DNA of 63,669 bases, the filler included, from Octopus bimaculoides (taxonomy: Eukaryota), in the NCBI RefSeq assembly GCF_001194135.2. It is 4 parts of 4 records of this genome, joined end to end, with 100 filler letters (N's around TTAATTAATTAA, not from the genome) between each part and the next. Parts side by side here need not be neighbours in the genome. Positions count along the whole stretch, not along the records: positions 1 to 16,714 come from NC_068981.1; 3 more parts are not named here. One strand, given 5' to 3'. Numbering within the stretch: the stretch's first letter is position 1; every line of letters starts with the position of its first letter. A program made the position numbers and the translations under genes. Shown in pieces: positions 1-10,916 of the stretch. The notes below the pieces were generated by a model. The model did no database searches. It saw only the letters and a program-made list of their open reading frames with translations, and was not told the origin of the DNA.

Positions 1-250
1 TTCATTGTTTATAATCTGTACCTGTTTGTTTCGTTACGAAATAAAATACACAAAACGTGTTTCTGAATTACGTGTATTTACTTTATATACATATGAGTTG
101 AAAACTTTCTTCTAGCATTCCACTTAGTATCTATGTTCCATGCTGGCATGGATTGGAGAGTTATTAATGTAGAAATATGGTATCGTAGCTACTAACAGTT
201 GAGGGTTGCGTAGTCTAGACAGCGTTTTTAGATTTCATTATTCTCTTTAA

Positions 251-278
251 CCCGGGCAACGCCGGGTATTTCTGCTAG
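251..278 (+). mobile_element. Helitron 3' terminus (GC hairpin + CTAG)
   Basis: CCCGGGCAACGCCGGG hairpin followed by TATTTCTGCTAG|T. A near-identical end follows the Helitron helicase remnant at 29725-29752. Confidence 0.75.
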
Positions 279-293
279 TATAAAATAAGCATG

Positions 294-560
294 AAAATTA
301 TAAATTACTAGAATAACAATTGTGAAAACAAAAACAATAAGCCAAAATTAAATGAACACCTGTAAAAATAAAAATTCTCTTCCAAATGACTAAAATGGTA
401 AGCTCACATTTAATAAATTCAAATAAGCGCATTATGTTTAATAAAGCAAGAAAATTATAAATTAATAGAATAACAATTGTGAAAACAAAAACAAATAATA
501 AACCAAAATTAAATTCATACCTCAAAAAATAAAATTTTCCTTTAAATGAGTAGAATGATA
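294..560. repeat. Degenerate AT-rich tandem duplication, period ~157 bp
   Basis: AAAATTATAAATTA(C/A)TAGAATAACAATTGTGAAAACAAAAACAA starts at both 294 and 451. Confidence 0.7.
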
Positions 561-1177
561 ATCTTTATGATAATATTAATACTAATGAACTCGCTCAAAC
601 TCCTAACCTTGACCTATTTTTAAGACTATACCTAACTCCACATATCAAACTAACCGAGGTGAACTTTGGGTCAAGAATGATACAACCATTTATAGTAACA
701 CCAACACCTCCTAAAATATACTCTATTCACTCAGCTTAACTTTGAATGGCAGTAAATAATGGACCCCGAAGAAGCTGCATTGACAATAACACCAGAATAT
801 GCAGCTAACAGTGTGCAGTTGAAATGCATATAGGTCCATGAAAGAATGCTGTAAAATAACTGTTTGTTAAAATTAGATGTGGAAAATCTCCATTCTCCTG
901 ACCATTATTAAGTACTATATATANNNNNNNNNNNNNNNNNNNNNNNNNNNNNNNNNNNNNNNNNNNNNNNNNNNNNNNNNNNNNNNNNNNNNNNNNNNNN
1001 NNNNNNNNNNNNNNNNNNNNNNNNNNNNNNNNNNNNNNNNNNNNNNNNNNNNNNNNNNNNNNNNNNNNNNNNNNATATAAATATATGTGTGTGTGTGTTT
1101 TAGCAGATTGTCTGGAAAGTTCTGCACATTTTTTTATATGCAAAAAGGAATATAAATAATTGACCTTTCAATAAATT

Positions 1178-2240
1178 TTATTCACTGAAATAATTTCCAT
1201 TATTATTAATGGCCTTTGCCCATCTATCAGGCAATTTAAATATTCCATCAGCAAGAAATTTTACTGGTATTGAAGAAAAAAAGTTATCTAGATGCATTTT
1301 GACTCCATCTAAATCCTTAAATGTTTTTCCTGGGAATGAGTTCTTTAGAGACAAAAACAAGTGGTAGTCAGATGGCGCAATATCAGGAGAATATGGTGGA
1401 TGGAGTAAGAGATCCCAGCCAAGTTCAGGTAACTTTGTTCAAGTAGCCAAAGACACATGATTGGGTATTGTCTTGTTGGAACACTACTCCTTTTCTGTTG
1501 GCAGTCCCTGGCTTCATTACTTTGATTTCTTTTGGTTCAAATTAGCCAGCTGACGACACTACACATCAGAATTAATGATCTGGTTTTGTGGGAGAAGCTC
1601 ATAATAAATAATGCCTTTATGATCCCACCAAACACAAAGCATAGCTTTTTTGGCATGGATATTCATCTTTGGTTACTGTTTTAGGAGATCCTTATGCAAA
1701 CTCCAAGATCTTTTTTGCACTACATTTTCATACATAATCCATTTTTCATCTCCAGCCACAAGTTGTTGCAAAAAGGGCATGCTTCCATTCTGTTTCAAAA
1801 GCATATCACAAACAGAATACCTGTTCAAGAAATTCTTTTCTGAGAGTTTGTGAGGGACCCATACATTATAGCAAGAAATGTATCCTAACTTCACTAGGTG
1901 TTCATGAGCTGTACTTTTAGAAACTTCCAACTCCTCTGTAAGTTCTCTAGTTGTGATATTTGAGTTTTCTTCAATTTTTGGTTCAGAAGCAAGTCTCTAA
2001 TTTGATTGGTACCTCTCTTGCTTCAACTCTGCAACCCTTGTCACACTGACATGACATCATCAATCTTAATGTTTTCTATTGTTATTACCACAGGAAGTGC
2101 TCTGATGAAATTTCTCTCTTTGTTCCAGACCACCTTATGCCATCTCGCTTGATTTGAAACTCACAGCATTTTCATCCGAATGTTGTTGTGCTTCTACAAA
2201 TAAGGAAGTCTTTCTATGGTCATATCTTTTTTCCTCAGAC
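1178..2240 (-). mobile_element. Decayed mariner (DD34D) transposase pseudogene
   Basis: Minus-strand fragments read ITTRELTEELEVSKSTAHEHL, WVPHKL, GDEKW, QQDN, HPPYSPDIAPSDYHLF and GIFKLPDRWAKAINNNGNYF. Stops and frameshifts are present. No TIRs were found and the 5' boundary is uncertain. Confidence 0.92.
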
Positions 2241-2841
2241 TTCCATCTCACTGTTTTCCTACTTCTTATGACCTGAACTCTTTCAAGTCTAAAGTAAATT
2301 CATTCTGTTTGTTTTAATTTCTCCTTTGTAGTCCTTTACACTATACAGCTTCTTGCCTTGTTTGGGACTTATAAAAAGAAAAGAGGAAAAAAATCAATAG
2401 TTTAGTTAAAATAGTCTTTTTCATATATTATCTGTAAACTACAAACCTAAAAATATGTTTTGTTAGTATAATATCGGGTGGGCTATTCTCAGTTAGTTAA
2501 TCTTTCGTCTGATAATTCTTAAATTCCTTTCCTTGGTTGACTTAATTTTTCATTTCTCTGAAATTGAAGGAAACAATTAGACTATGAATGATTTAGAAAA
2601 TATTTACTGGAATAATTATTCCATGTTTAATAGTGTATGTTCATGTATTTGTGCGTGTGTATCTTTTTTTATCTATCAATATTTTTGTCATAGAATACAA
2701 TTAAGTCTATTACTCGATATCTTTTTCCTCAAATTAGGTTGGTTATGATGGGAAATCATTTGAAATGAACCAAGGTCATTTAATGAAAAAAAAAAATAAA
2801 AGACTGATATATTATTCAATTTGTTAAAATTTTTTTTCCAG

Positions 2842-3220
2842 ACCGGAATCAATCTCTTGATAGCTTGAATTTTGACTCTATGACAAGTTTAGCATCATTG
2901 GCTTCCACCAGCAGCATAGAAATTGACATTTCTCCCACACAGAAGTTACAACACATCAACAAAGCACGGCCAAAGCGCAAGAAAAATCATGCCATCACAA
3001 AACCACAGACAAAGATCATTAATGAAGTAGTAGACATTAATGCTGATGAAGGCTTAAGTAACTTTTTTAACAACTTAAGAAGCATGAAAGAGACTGTTTC
3101 AACTCCAGAAGATATTGGCCAGCTTCCAAAAGACAAGCATCAGATAGATGTTAACAGATATTCTTCCTTGAGTGAAACTGATGGACCCCTAATTGACAAG
3201 AATGACAAAACTGAAGTCAG
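2842..3220 (+). CDS. CARMIL: Internal coding exon of a CARMIL/LRRC16-family capping-protein regulator (CPI + CSI region)
   Basis: Polypyrimidine acceptor ttttttttccAG at 2840-2841 and donor AG|GTAATT at 3221, with an open frame between them (phase 1 start, phase 2 end). KLQHINKARPKRKKNHAITKP fits the CPI consensus LxHxTxxRPK-x6-P. ADEGLSNFF fits the CARMIL CSI motif (DEGxxEFF), at the spacing I recall for CARMILs. Confidence 0.82.
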
Positions 3221-5060
3221 GTAATTGTTTGCTTGTTTTTGTTCTTGCTTTATGAACTTTAGACTAGAAGTTCAAATGTGTATGGAACTTAAATATCAGC
3301 CGAGTAATAAAAGCAGCAACTATGGAAGTAATTAAACTTGTTTAATTGGATGTGTAATATGAACTTCACAGACAGTAAAGTAGAAAAAGTGTTTTAGTAT
3401 CACACAAATTGTTTTTGTTTTGTACTTACAATTAGCTTGTGGTCTCAGCCAAAGTGTAAATGCATATAGTCTTTTTGAGTGAAAATTTGCCATAAAATAG
3501 GCATTAGTAGAAGGTTTGCTTGTAGAGGACCTCTGAAAGAGAATAAAGCATGGGTACAAGTTGGGAAGTAACTTGTGTCTTCAAACTGACACCTTGGAAT
3601 TGATAATTTAGAGAGGAAAAATTACTGAGGTAACATATTGAGACCTTTCATGCAACAGGTTACAACTGTTACTACTGATATATTCCCAGTATACAATACT
3701 ACCACAAGAGTTGCTATGCTCACATTTGAAAATCATTTGAACTGATGATGAAAATTCTCTAGTTTATTTTTTCTATTGTAACAGTCTCATGTGAATGCAA
3801 ATTTTAATGTGGATTGCTGTCCATGTTAGTATTCCATCACCTACATGACCACATATTTTATATTACAGATTTCATGATATGATGATCTGATTACAACTTA
3901 TTTTTGCTGGATATGTGAAATTTTTTTGTTCCCCAGTCATTTCAGGACAGTCATTAATTCCACCATCGATAAGCAACTAACATTTCCTTAATCTCCCTTC
4001 TGTTCATGGTAACAGAAACCAAATTTTTTAACTCATCTAGTCTTCAAATAGAAGAACTGTAGCTAATTGAATTAAAACTGTACATACACATTTTCCTACT
4101 CCCCTGAGTTACCAATCCAGGTTAAATGCACGCACACACATACACGAGATTGTACAATTTCATTTCATTTAAGTAAGATGTTTAATCTCTGAGAATGCAA
4201 AATGACTCAACAGATAGTTGGTTCTATGACTTTGTGAATTAAAAAACAGAAAGAATACACCTCAAAAAACCACATGAAGAACACATGGGATGTTTGCATG
4301 GAGCATCTAGATGTTTAGGTGGCTATGTGTATATATGTGTGTGTGTATTTGTGTTACAAGATAGTCTTCACTTGTGTTAGTGCCTCAAAAGCAGTCATAG
4401 AAGCTATACCAGAAGATATTGGTGTGTGATGCATTCCTTGAACTTATCAGATTCTACTTTAACACACACACACATAAATACTTGAACATTGGTCTTTGTG
4501 CGTGTGTTTATTTGCTCTATGCTTATGTTAACTAAAGAATTCTGCTACAATGGTAAAAGAATGCTGATTTTTCTGAAAGCCTACTGCTTGTTATTTCTGG
4601 ATACTCTGCGGTTTTCAAATTTCATTTCCACTATTTCCAATATTACAGTCTTTTAATTACTACATTTCTTAACATTGAAATGTTATCCACAACATTTGTA
4701 CCACCTAGACATGACTTAGTCAACTACAAACATTTTAGATGTAAGTAGAAAATATATCCACACACAATTTTTCACACCTTTTATCATTGTTTTATTCTTT
4801 TTTTCCTTTTACACATTAGTTCATTCTTCAACAGTATTTTTACAGAGATATCTCTCATGAACATATTTCATGTGAGAGGCCTTTACCAACGTTCACTTTT
4901 GTGCTATAATTAAGAGAGGTTCTGACTGTATACTTTTTTAGTTAATTTCTTTTTGGTGGAGATGAGGTTGAAGGAGTTAAACGAGCATGGTTACAAAGAA
5001 AAATTCATGTATCTATGTACCCTGCAGGCTTTTCAAGGATTTTGAACTGCTATTTATACA

Positions 5061-5247
5061 TTTGATTGGTCCCTCTTTTGCTTCAACTCTTCAACCATTG
5101 TCACATTAACATGATATCACCAGTCTTAGTCTTTTCTATTGTTATTACCATAGAAAGTGCTCTGATGAAATTTCTCTCTTAGTTCCAGATCATCTTATAC
5201 CATCTCACTTGATTTGAAACTCACAGCATTTTCATACAAATGTTGTT
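5061..5247 (-). repeat. Diverged second copy of 2001-2187 (mariner 5' region)
   Basis: Colinear 187-bp match at an offset of 3060 bp, with scattered substitutions. Confidence 0.8.
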
Positions 5248-5734
5248 TCATCCAATTTAATGTCATGACAGACTATTAAACAGATATACATATTTAGTCT
5301 TGCAATACTTCACCTAAGAGACTTTTCCTCATTAAAATTCTAAACTACCAACTGATAGGCATGAGTTCACTCTCCGACTCATATTTACTTTTAATTTTTT
5401 TTATATGTCCTCATTTTTGTGTCCAGATTGAGTTCAAAAATATAAGAATGCCTTTTCATTCTGTTCTATATAATTACTTAGCATTTAATTTCTAAATTAT
5501 TATCATTTTAGCTTCTGTATTATTTTGTGTTGGCTTATTTATTAATGTTTATTATTTTTATATTATCATGCAGTGTAAAACATGAGGCCAAACCTGAAGT
5601 GAAAAAGAAAAATTGGAATCCCTTTGATAAGTAAGAGATAAGAACTTTCTTTTAAAAACACAAATATCAGCTTCAACTTACAATGGATTAATTCTTGAAT
5701 GTTTATTTTTGCATGTATCTCCTTTTCACATTAT

Positions 5735-6420
5735 GCGAGAAAAATAAAAGTTCTTAGCTAAGAGCAAGCTGCTATACCTAGAATTTATTGATCTAGAGAT
5801 GGCCTTTGTCAGAGTATCACACATTGTAGTCATCAAACTCACTAAGAATATAAATGAATGATTTGTGACAACCATACAAGTCATGTACAAAGGTGTTGTC
5901 AGCAAGGTGGCAGTTAGCAATGAGTTCAGTAAGGAATGTGCAATTAAATGTCAATCAAGACTTCGTTCTCAGCATCTTCCTATTTACTATAATTCTCCAT
6001 GCTATAAGGAACAAGTTTAAAAGTGGCCATCTATAGGAACTCCTGTGTGCAAAAAACCTAGTTCTCGGTCAAAGAATTAGAGGACAAATTCCAAGTATGG
6101 AAAAAGTTAAACTAGCTATACAAAAGTATTAGCAAGAAAGAACACAGAACCCAACTTCATCTAGAAAGTGGCCATGTTTGACATTCAGAAAATGTATTGT
6201 AAGGAATTCTATACTGTGTACTTGGTGTAAAATGAGTGCAAAAAAGGTGCACTGGAATTTAGGCTGACAGAAATAAACTTCACATGTAGCAGATGCACAA
6301 GAAGTTAGCAGTAAGAACACCCATAAAACAAATTCTTTCAACTGCTCAGGGCAATCATTAGAACCAATTTTTATGGAAGTGACCTAATCAATAATGTATA
6401 GATAGATGCACATTGTGAAA
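5735..6420 (+). mobile_element. Decayed RTE-clade LINE reverse transcriptase fragment
   Basis: KLLYLEFIDLEMAFVRV (cf. LYxAFVDLEKAFDRV), IQVMYKGVVSKVAVSNEFSKE, and a downstream cysteine-rich KWPC...NSILCTWCK...FTCSRC segment typical of RTE ORFs. Confidence 0.8.
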
Positions 6421-7137
6421 CCAGATTATCCCTTTTAAGGACAGTGTGAAAAATGTTCAGAAAAATTACCTGTTGGCAACATAGGTTTCTTTCTCTGAGT
6501 TATGAACAAATTATATTTTGCTTGTATACGAAATGTGATATTACATAGTAATAAAATATGGGGTCTGACTGAGGTCAGTGTGCAAAGGTTTAGCAAAAAT
6601 GAAACCTCCATGTAGGTCTGAACAATGAAGGAGCCTATGAACGAAGACAGAATAGAAGCTTGATTTTAGGGTGTTCAGCATCACAAAAGGATGACAAGAT
6701 GTTGTGCTGGTGTAGATTTCTCCAATCCATGCTAACATGGAAAAAGTAGACATAAAATGGTAATGATATACATATAGCTTTGTAGGTTATAACTTCAAGA
6801 GAGAACATATATAGAATTAGATATAATGTCTAAGTTGAGAACATAAAACATTGATCATGTACTGAGATGGATATAACCAATATAATTTTGCCAACAATTC
6901 CTGGCCTTATATCTATATAGAATAATAATAACAATAAAAATAATTGGGTCAGTGATATCAACTAGCTCTTCCACTCAAAATTGCTGGCTTTGTTCTAAAA
7001 TTAGAAATGTTATTGTTATTATTGCTAGCACTTCTGGAAAACCACACTTAACTTTGACTTCAGAAAATTTATCAAAAAATTGAGTTTTTCACACTGAAAT
7101 TCGCTGTATTTACTACATTTGATAGGGTAGATATCTA

Positions 7138-7480
7138 TATGTTTTCAAGGGTGAATAAGCATCGACAGCTAGCAAGCCATGCTACTCCAGACTGATGATG
7201 AGCCATGACTCTGAAACTAGTCTCTGGATGCTGGCTTTGCTAGGTGGAGGTGCTTATCTCCTCTTTGAAAACATAAGGACACAGAAAATGTGTCATGGCC
7301 AACTGGAAACGGTGTTTCCTAGGGCTAAATAGTAGTAGCATTCTTCCCTTTCATGGGGCTGCCACATTAAGTTGGCAACATAACATCACTTTATCGTGCT
7401 GCTACTGTATAAATCTGTGAGAGATTTAGAAATGCAATATTTCTATTTTCGAAATCAGTGAATGTATTTCACTTGAAATC
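7138..7480 (+). repeat. 343-bp hammerhead-bearing repeat unit, with the first 42 bp repeated exactly at 7481-7522
   Basis: TATGTTTTCAAGGGTGAATAAGCATCGACAGCTAGCAAGCCA occurs at 7138-7179 and at 7481-7522. Confidence 0.75.
7186..7228 (+). ncRNA. Minimal type I hammerhead ribozyme motif
   Basis: Helix I is TCCAGA/TCTGGA, core CTGATGA (7192-7198), helix II GAG/CTC, GAAA (7213-7216), palindromic helix III ACTAGT, and a GUC cleavage triplet at 7220-7222. A U-U pair closes helix II, which is non-canonical. Confidence 0.72.
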
Positions 7481-7522
7481 TATGTTTTCAAGGGTGAATA
7501 AGCATCGACAGCTAGCAAGCCA

Positions 7523-9267
7523 AGCTTTTTGTTGCTTTTTTGAAGAATTCTAAGCGAGAATTTTTGTGCGAAGCCACCATCGTTGGGTAGAAGTGAATAA
7601 TGGAAGAAAAGAAGAGTTATGCAGAAGCTACTGGAGGTCCAGATGCTATAGACACATGTGTGCTGAAGCTGAAGAGGATGGAGTGGAATGAGAAGATAGC
7701 CAAATATTATGGTATGATAGGAAAAGAAGGGTCAAACATAAAAATGATCCTGCCAGAGGAGGAAAATAAAAAAATGGAAAGCAAGACAGTGATATTCAGA
7801 ACGTTTTCGAATGAAAATATGAGAATAAAACATGTGCTGCAGGAAGAGATATAGGAAATCTTGGAGGAACAAATAGGTGAAGGGATAACTTTCTTTACAA
7901 GAGGAAGGAAATATGCGACTATAATAGTAACCTTTGCATCAGAAGAGGAGGCAAAAATAACCGAAAAGATGGCTGATACTGGGAGAGAAATGGACATTGA
8001 TACCAAACTGTTTGGGCAAAAGAATCATCAGGGTCAGAGTGGGAAGAATGGGTAATAGTCGCAATTTTTAATTCAAAGCTGGTGAAGGGAAGTGAAGACC
8101 TGAAGATTTGGATAGTAAGCAGAGCACAACAATTGAATTGGTGGAGATATGGTATTGAAATAATCTGTGCAGTAAGCCCAGAATATTATGACGAAATGGC
8201 AGAAACTGTGGAATTACAAAATGGTGAAAAACTGGAAATAATGTTGAAAGGGAGACCCCCAAAATGTTACGGATGCGGTGAAAGAGGGCACCTGAGAAGG
8301 AAATGCCCTAGAGCAGCAGTGGAGATGGTGGAAGAGAGTGTTCAGGAAGATATAGTGGTGGGAAAAAAAGCAGAAACAGAATATGCTGGGAATTTGGTGG
8401 AGGTAAAACCTAGGAAAAGAGAGAGAAGAAAGTCACCGACGACAGTGGACTTGAAGAAGAGTAATGGAATGGAAGAAAAAACCCAAACCATGATAAGAAA
8501 CGGAGAAAATTTACCAGTGGAAGTACCAGCAAAGGAATTAAAGGTACAGAGTCATTCAGACCAGAAACGAGACAACCCAGAATTACGGAAACCTAAAAAC
8601 ATAGACACAAAGATGAAACATGTAGAGTTACAGTCAAACGAATACACAGACACACAAATTCATGAACACACAGACTTAGAGATGAATATACAAGAACACA
8701 CAAAACAGCAGGAAAATAGAAACAAAAGGAGACAACATGAAAAACACAGACAAAAGGAAAATTATAGTGAGACAGGACACCCCAATGTAAAGGATTGTAA
8801 GAGTAAAAGACATTGTGAAAGACAGAAGAGGTAAGTCGATATAATTTTGTAAAGGCTGTAATTGAGGAAAATATTTATTTGAACTTTTAAGAAAAAAAGG
8901 AAAAACAAGTCAATTCTACAATTGTTGAATGAACAGGTTTCCAAAATGTTTTTTAAAAATATTGTGATATACATTTGATTTACTTTAGTTTTAAAAAAAA
9001 ATGGAAAATAAGTAAATCCTGTTTGAACATTCGTTTAAAAGGGGTGTAATTGTAGTGCAAAAGCGAAAAGGGAAGTTGCAGTTTCACCTTGGAACAAGGC
9101 TAGAGGTTGTGTAAAAGTTAATGGTAAAGGAATACATGGTTTCATTTCGCAGCGGGAGTGAGATGACCGGCTCATTTGCATTGTAATTATATTCATTTCA
9201 CATTCATCCTTCATATGTTTTATGTTCCCGCATGTCTTTATATGTCCCCTCTGTAATAAAGAATCAG
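7523..9267 (+). mobile_element. Tx1/L1-type element A: ORF1-only, ending AATAAAGAATCAG
   Basis: T-rich 5' leader, disrupted ORF1 with a CCHC knuckle, no recognisable EN/RT, and AATAAA at 9255-9260. Flanked by GCTAGCAAGCCA at 7511-7522 and 9268-9279. Confidence 0.72.
7600..8834 (+). pseudogene. ORF1 (gag-like) of element A, broken by a stop and a frameshift
   Basis: ORF pieces 7600-7854, 7861-8055 and 8082-8834. N-terminal SYAEA motif and GRPPKCYGCGERGHLRRKC (CX2CX4HX4C). Confidence 0.8.
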
Positions 9268-9529
9268 GCTAGCAAGCCAAGCCTTTTTTCTTCATGTCAT
9301 TTTAATTGCCACCATTGTTATGTGAGTTCGATTCTGGTTGTTTCTGTTATTATAATTTGTTGATTACTGTATTGTAATTTGAACTATTGTCTGTGTGTTA
9401 ACTGTAGTTTTTGCCTTGCGGGGCCAAAAATACTGTTTAAATACTGTTATTGGAATATTTCTTTCAAAAATTATTTTTTGTTTTCCCAGTACTGGGCGTT
9501 GTTTTTGTCAGTAATGACAAGCAATGAAA

Positions 9530-10894
9530 AACTGGAATTTAACATTAATTCCAAGAAGGATTTCCCTGCAATGGGAAATGACTGTACTACAAAGGATACC
9601 GAGGAAAAGACAAGTTTTTCTGCTGCAGTCTGCAGTAATGAGGTCGAAATGGAGTTTAAAATGAAGCAATTGTACAGTTTTCGAAACTTCATTAAAAAAA
9701 GTGACAGTGCAACCAAGTTAATGTTGCCCCCAGAAACAGTTGTGGAAATAAATGCCAGAACAGTTGTATACAAAGTATACAGTGTAAAAGAAAAAAAGGA
9801 TAATGGAAGTAAAGAACAAGGTAGTTGAGAGGTGCTTGGCACCAGCGTGGAACAAAATATGCTACATTGGCCGAGGAATACGTAGTGCAACTTTGGAAGC
9901 ACAGTTCCAATCAGCCAACAAAGCTAAGGAAATATCTACGAGAACTCAATAAAAGCACGAAATTATGCTGCTGCCTACTTATCTAGGCCGCAGAACAGCA
10001 AAAATTGTATTTGAAGAAATCCCAGGAGTATACAAAGTGTTGTGGATGGCAGCGGCAGTGATTTTGATGCGGAGAATGAAGTAAATATACTGCCGATGAC
10101 CAAAAAAGACACTGTAAACTGAAAAGGTCAAACGCTTCAATTGATGGTTCAAGCCACCAACGAAACTCTTGAAAGTTTGCCCGACAGAATTTTTGTAGGG
10201 GAGGGGCATACAATTTGTGTGTCGGTAGAGGGATGTAGGGCCCAGATGCTTTAAGTGTGGGCAGAAGGGCCATATTGGCTCTACTTGTACCAAGAAAAAA
10301 AAGAAAATGAAGCACCTCCCCAAAATGCGGTGAAAGAAGCAGAAAAGCCAGAGAAAAAAATAGGAAACGACAAAACAGAAAAAAAAGTGAATAAAGATAA
10401 AGCTCCAAAAAAAACAAATACCATGGACTCCCCTCCCAAACAAAAAAAAAATCTTTACATACAGACAACATTAAAAAAATTCCCCAGTCCCATATTTTGC
10501 CAAACTCCTCCCCATAAATCAGGATAAAAAAGTAAAAAAAAAGGAAAAATTTATTTCATTCGACGCAAAAAATGAAAGAGTTTTTAGGTATATAAAAGCC
10601 CACTTCCAAATAAAACTGTAAAGTAGAACAGTGGACAACAAGTCTGACATTCACTTTGCAATGGTAGGGGAGGAGGCGTGGAAGGACAAGTCATTACAGG
10701 AACATTTGCAAAACCAAGAAATAAAGGATGTAACACAGGATGTAGTGGAGAGCAAAGTGATTTTTAGCCCGGCAGCCACACCAATTCAGAGCCCCGTGGC
10801 AACACCAGTGAAAAGCCCAGCAGCTACGTCTACCAAGGAGAGAGAGGGAGAAACAGGCAGACATAAACTTCCATGCTTCCTAGCGAAACCATGA
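9530..10894 (+). pseudogene. ORF1 of element B (frameshifted)
   Basis: SFSAAV N-terminal motif and GPRCFKCGQKGHIGSTC (~10238-10290). VNWKGQTLQL...LPDRIFVGEGHTICVSVEG is homologous to element A ORF1. The K/E-rich tail and SPAATP repeats end just before ORF2. Confidence 0.72.
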
Positions 10895-10916
10895 GAAAGT
10901 CCTTTTTTCTTCATCA

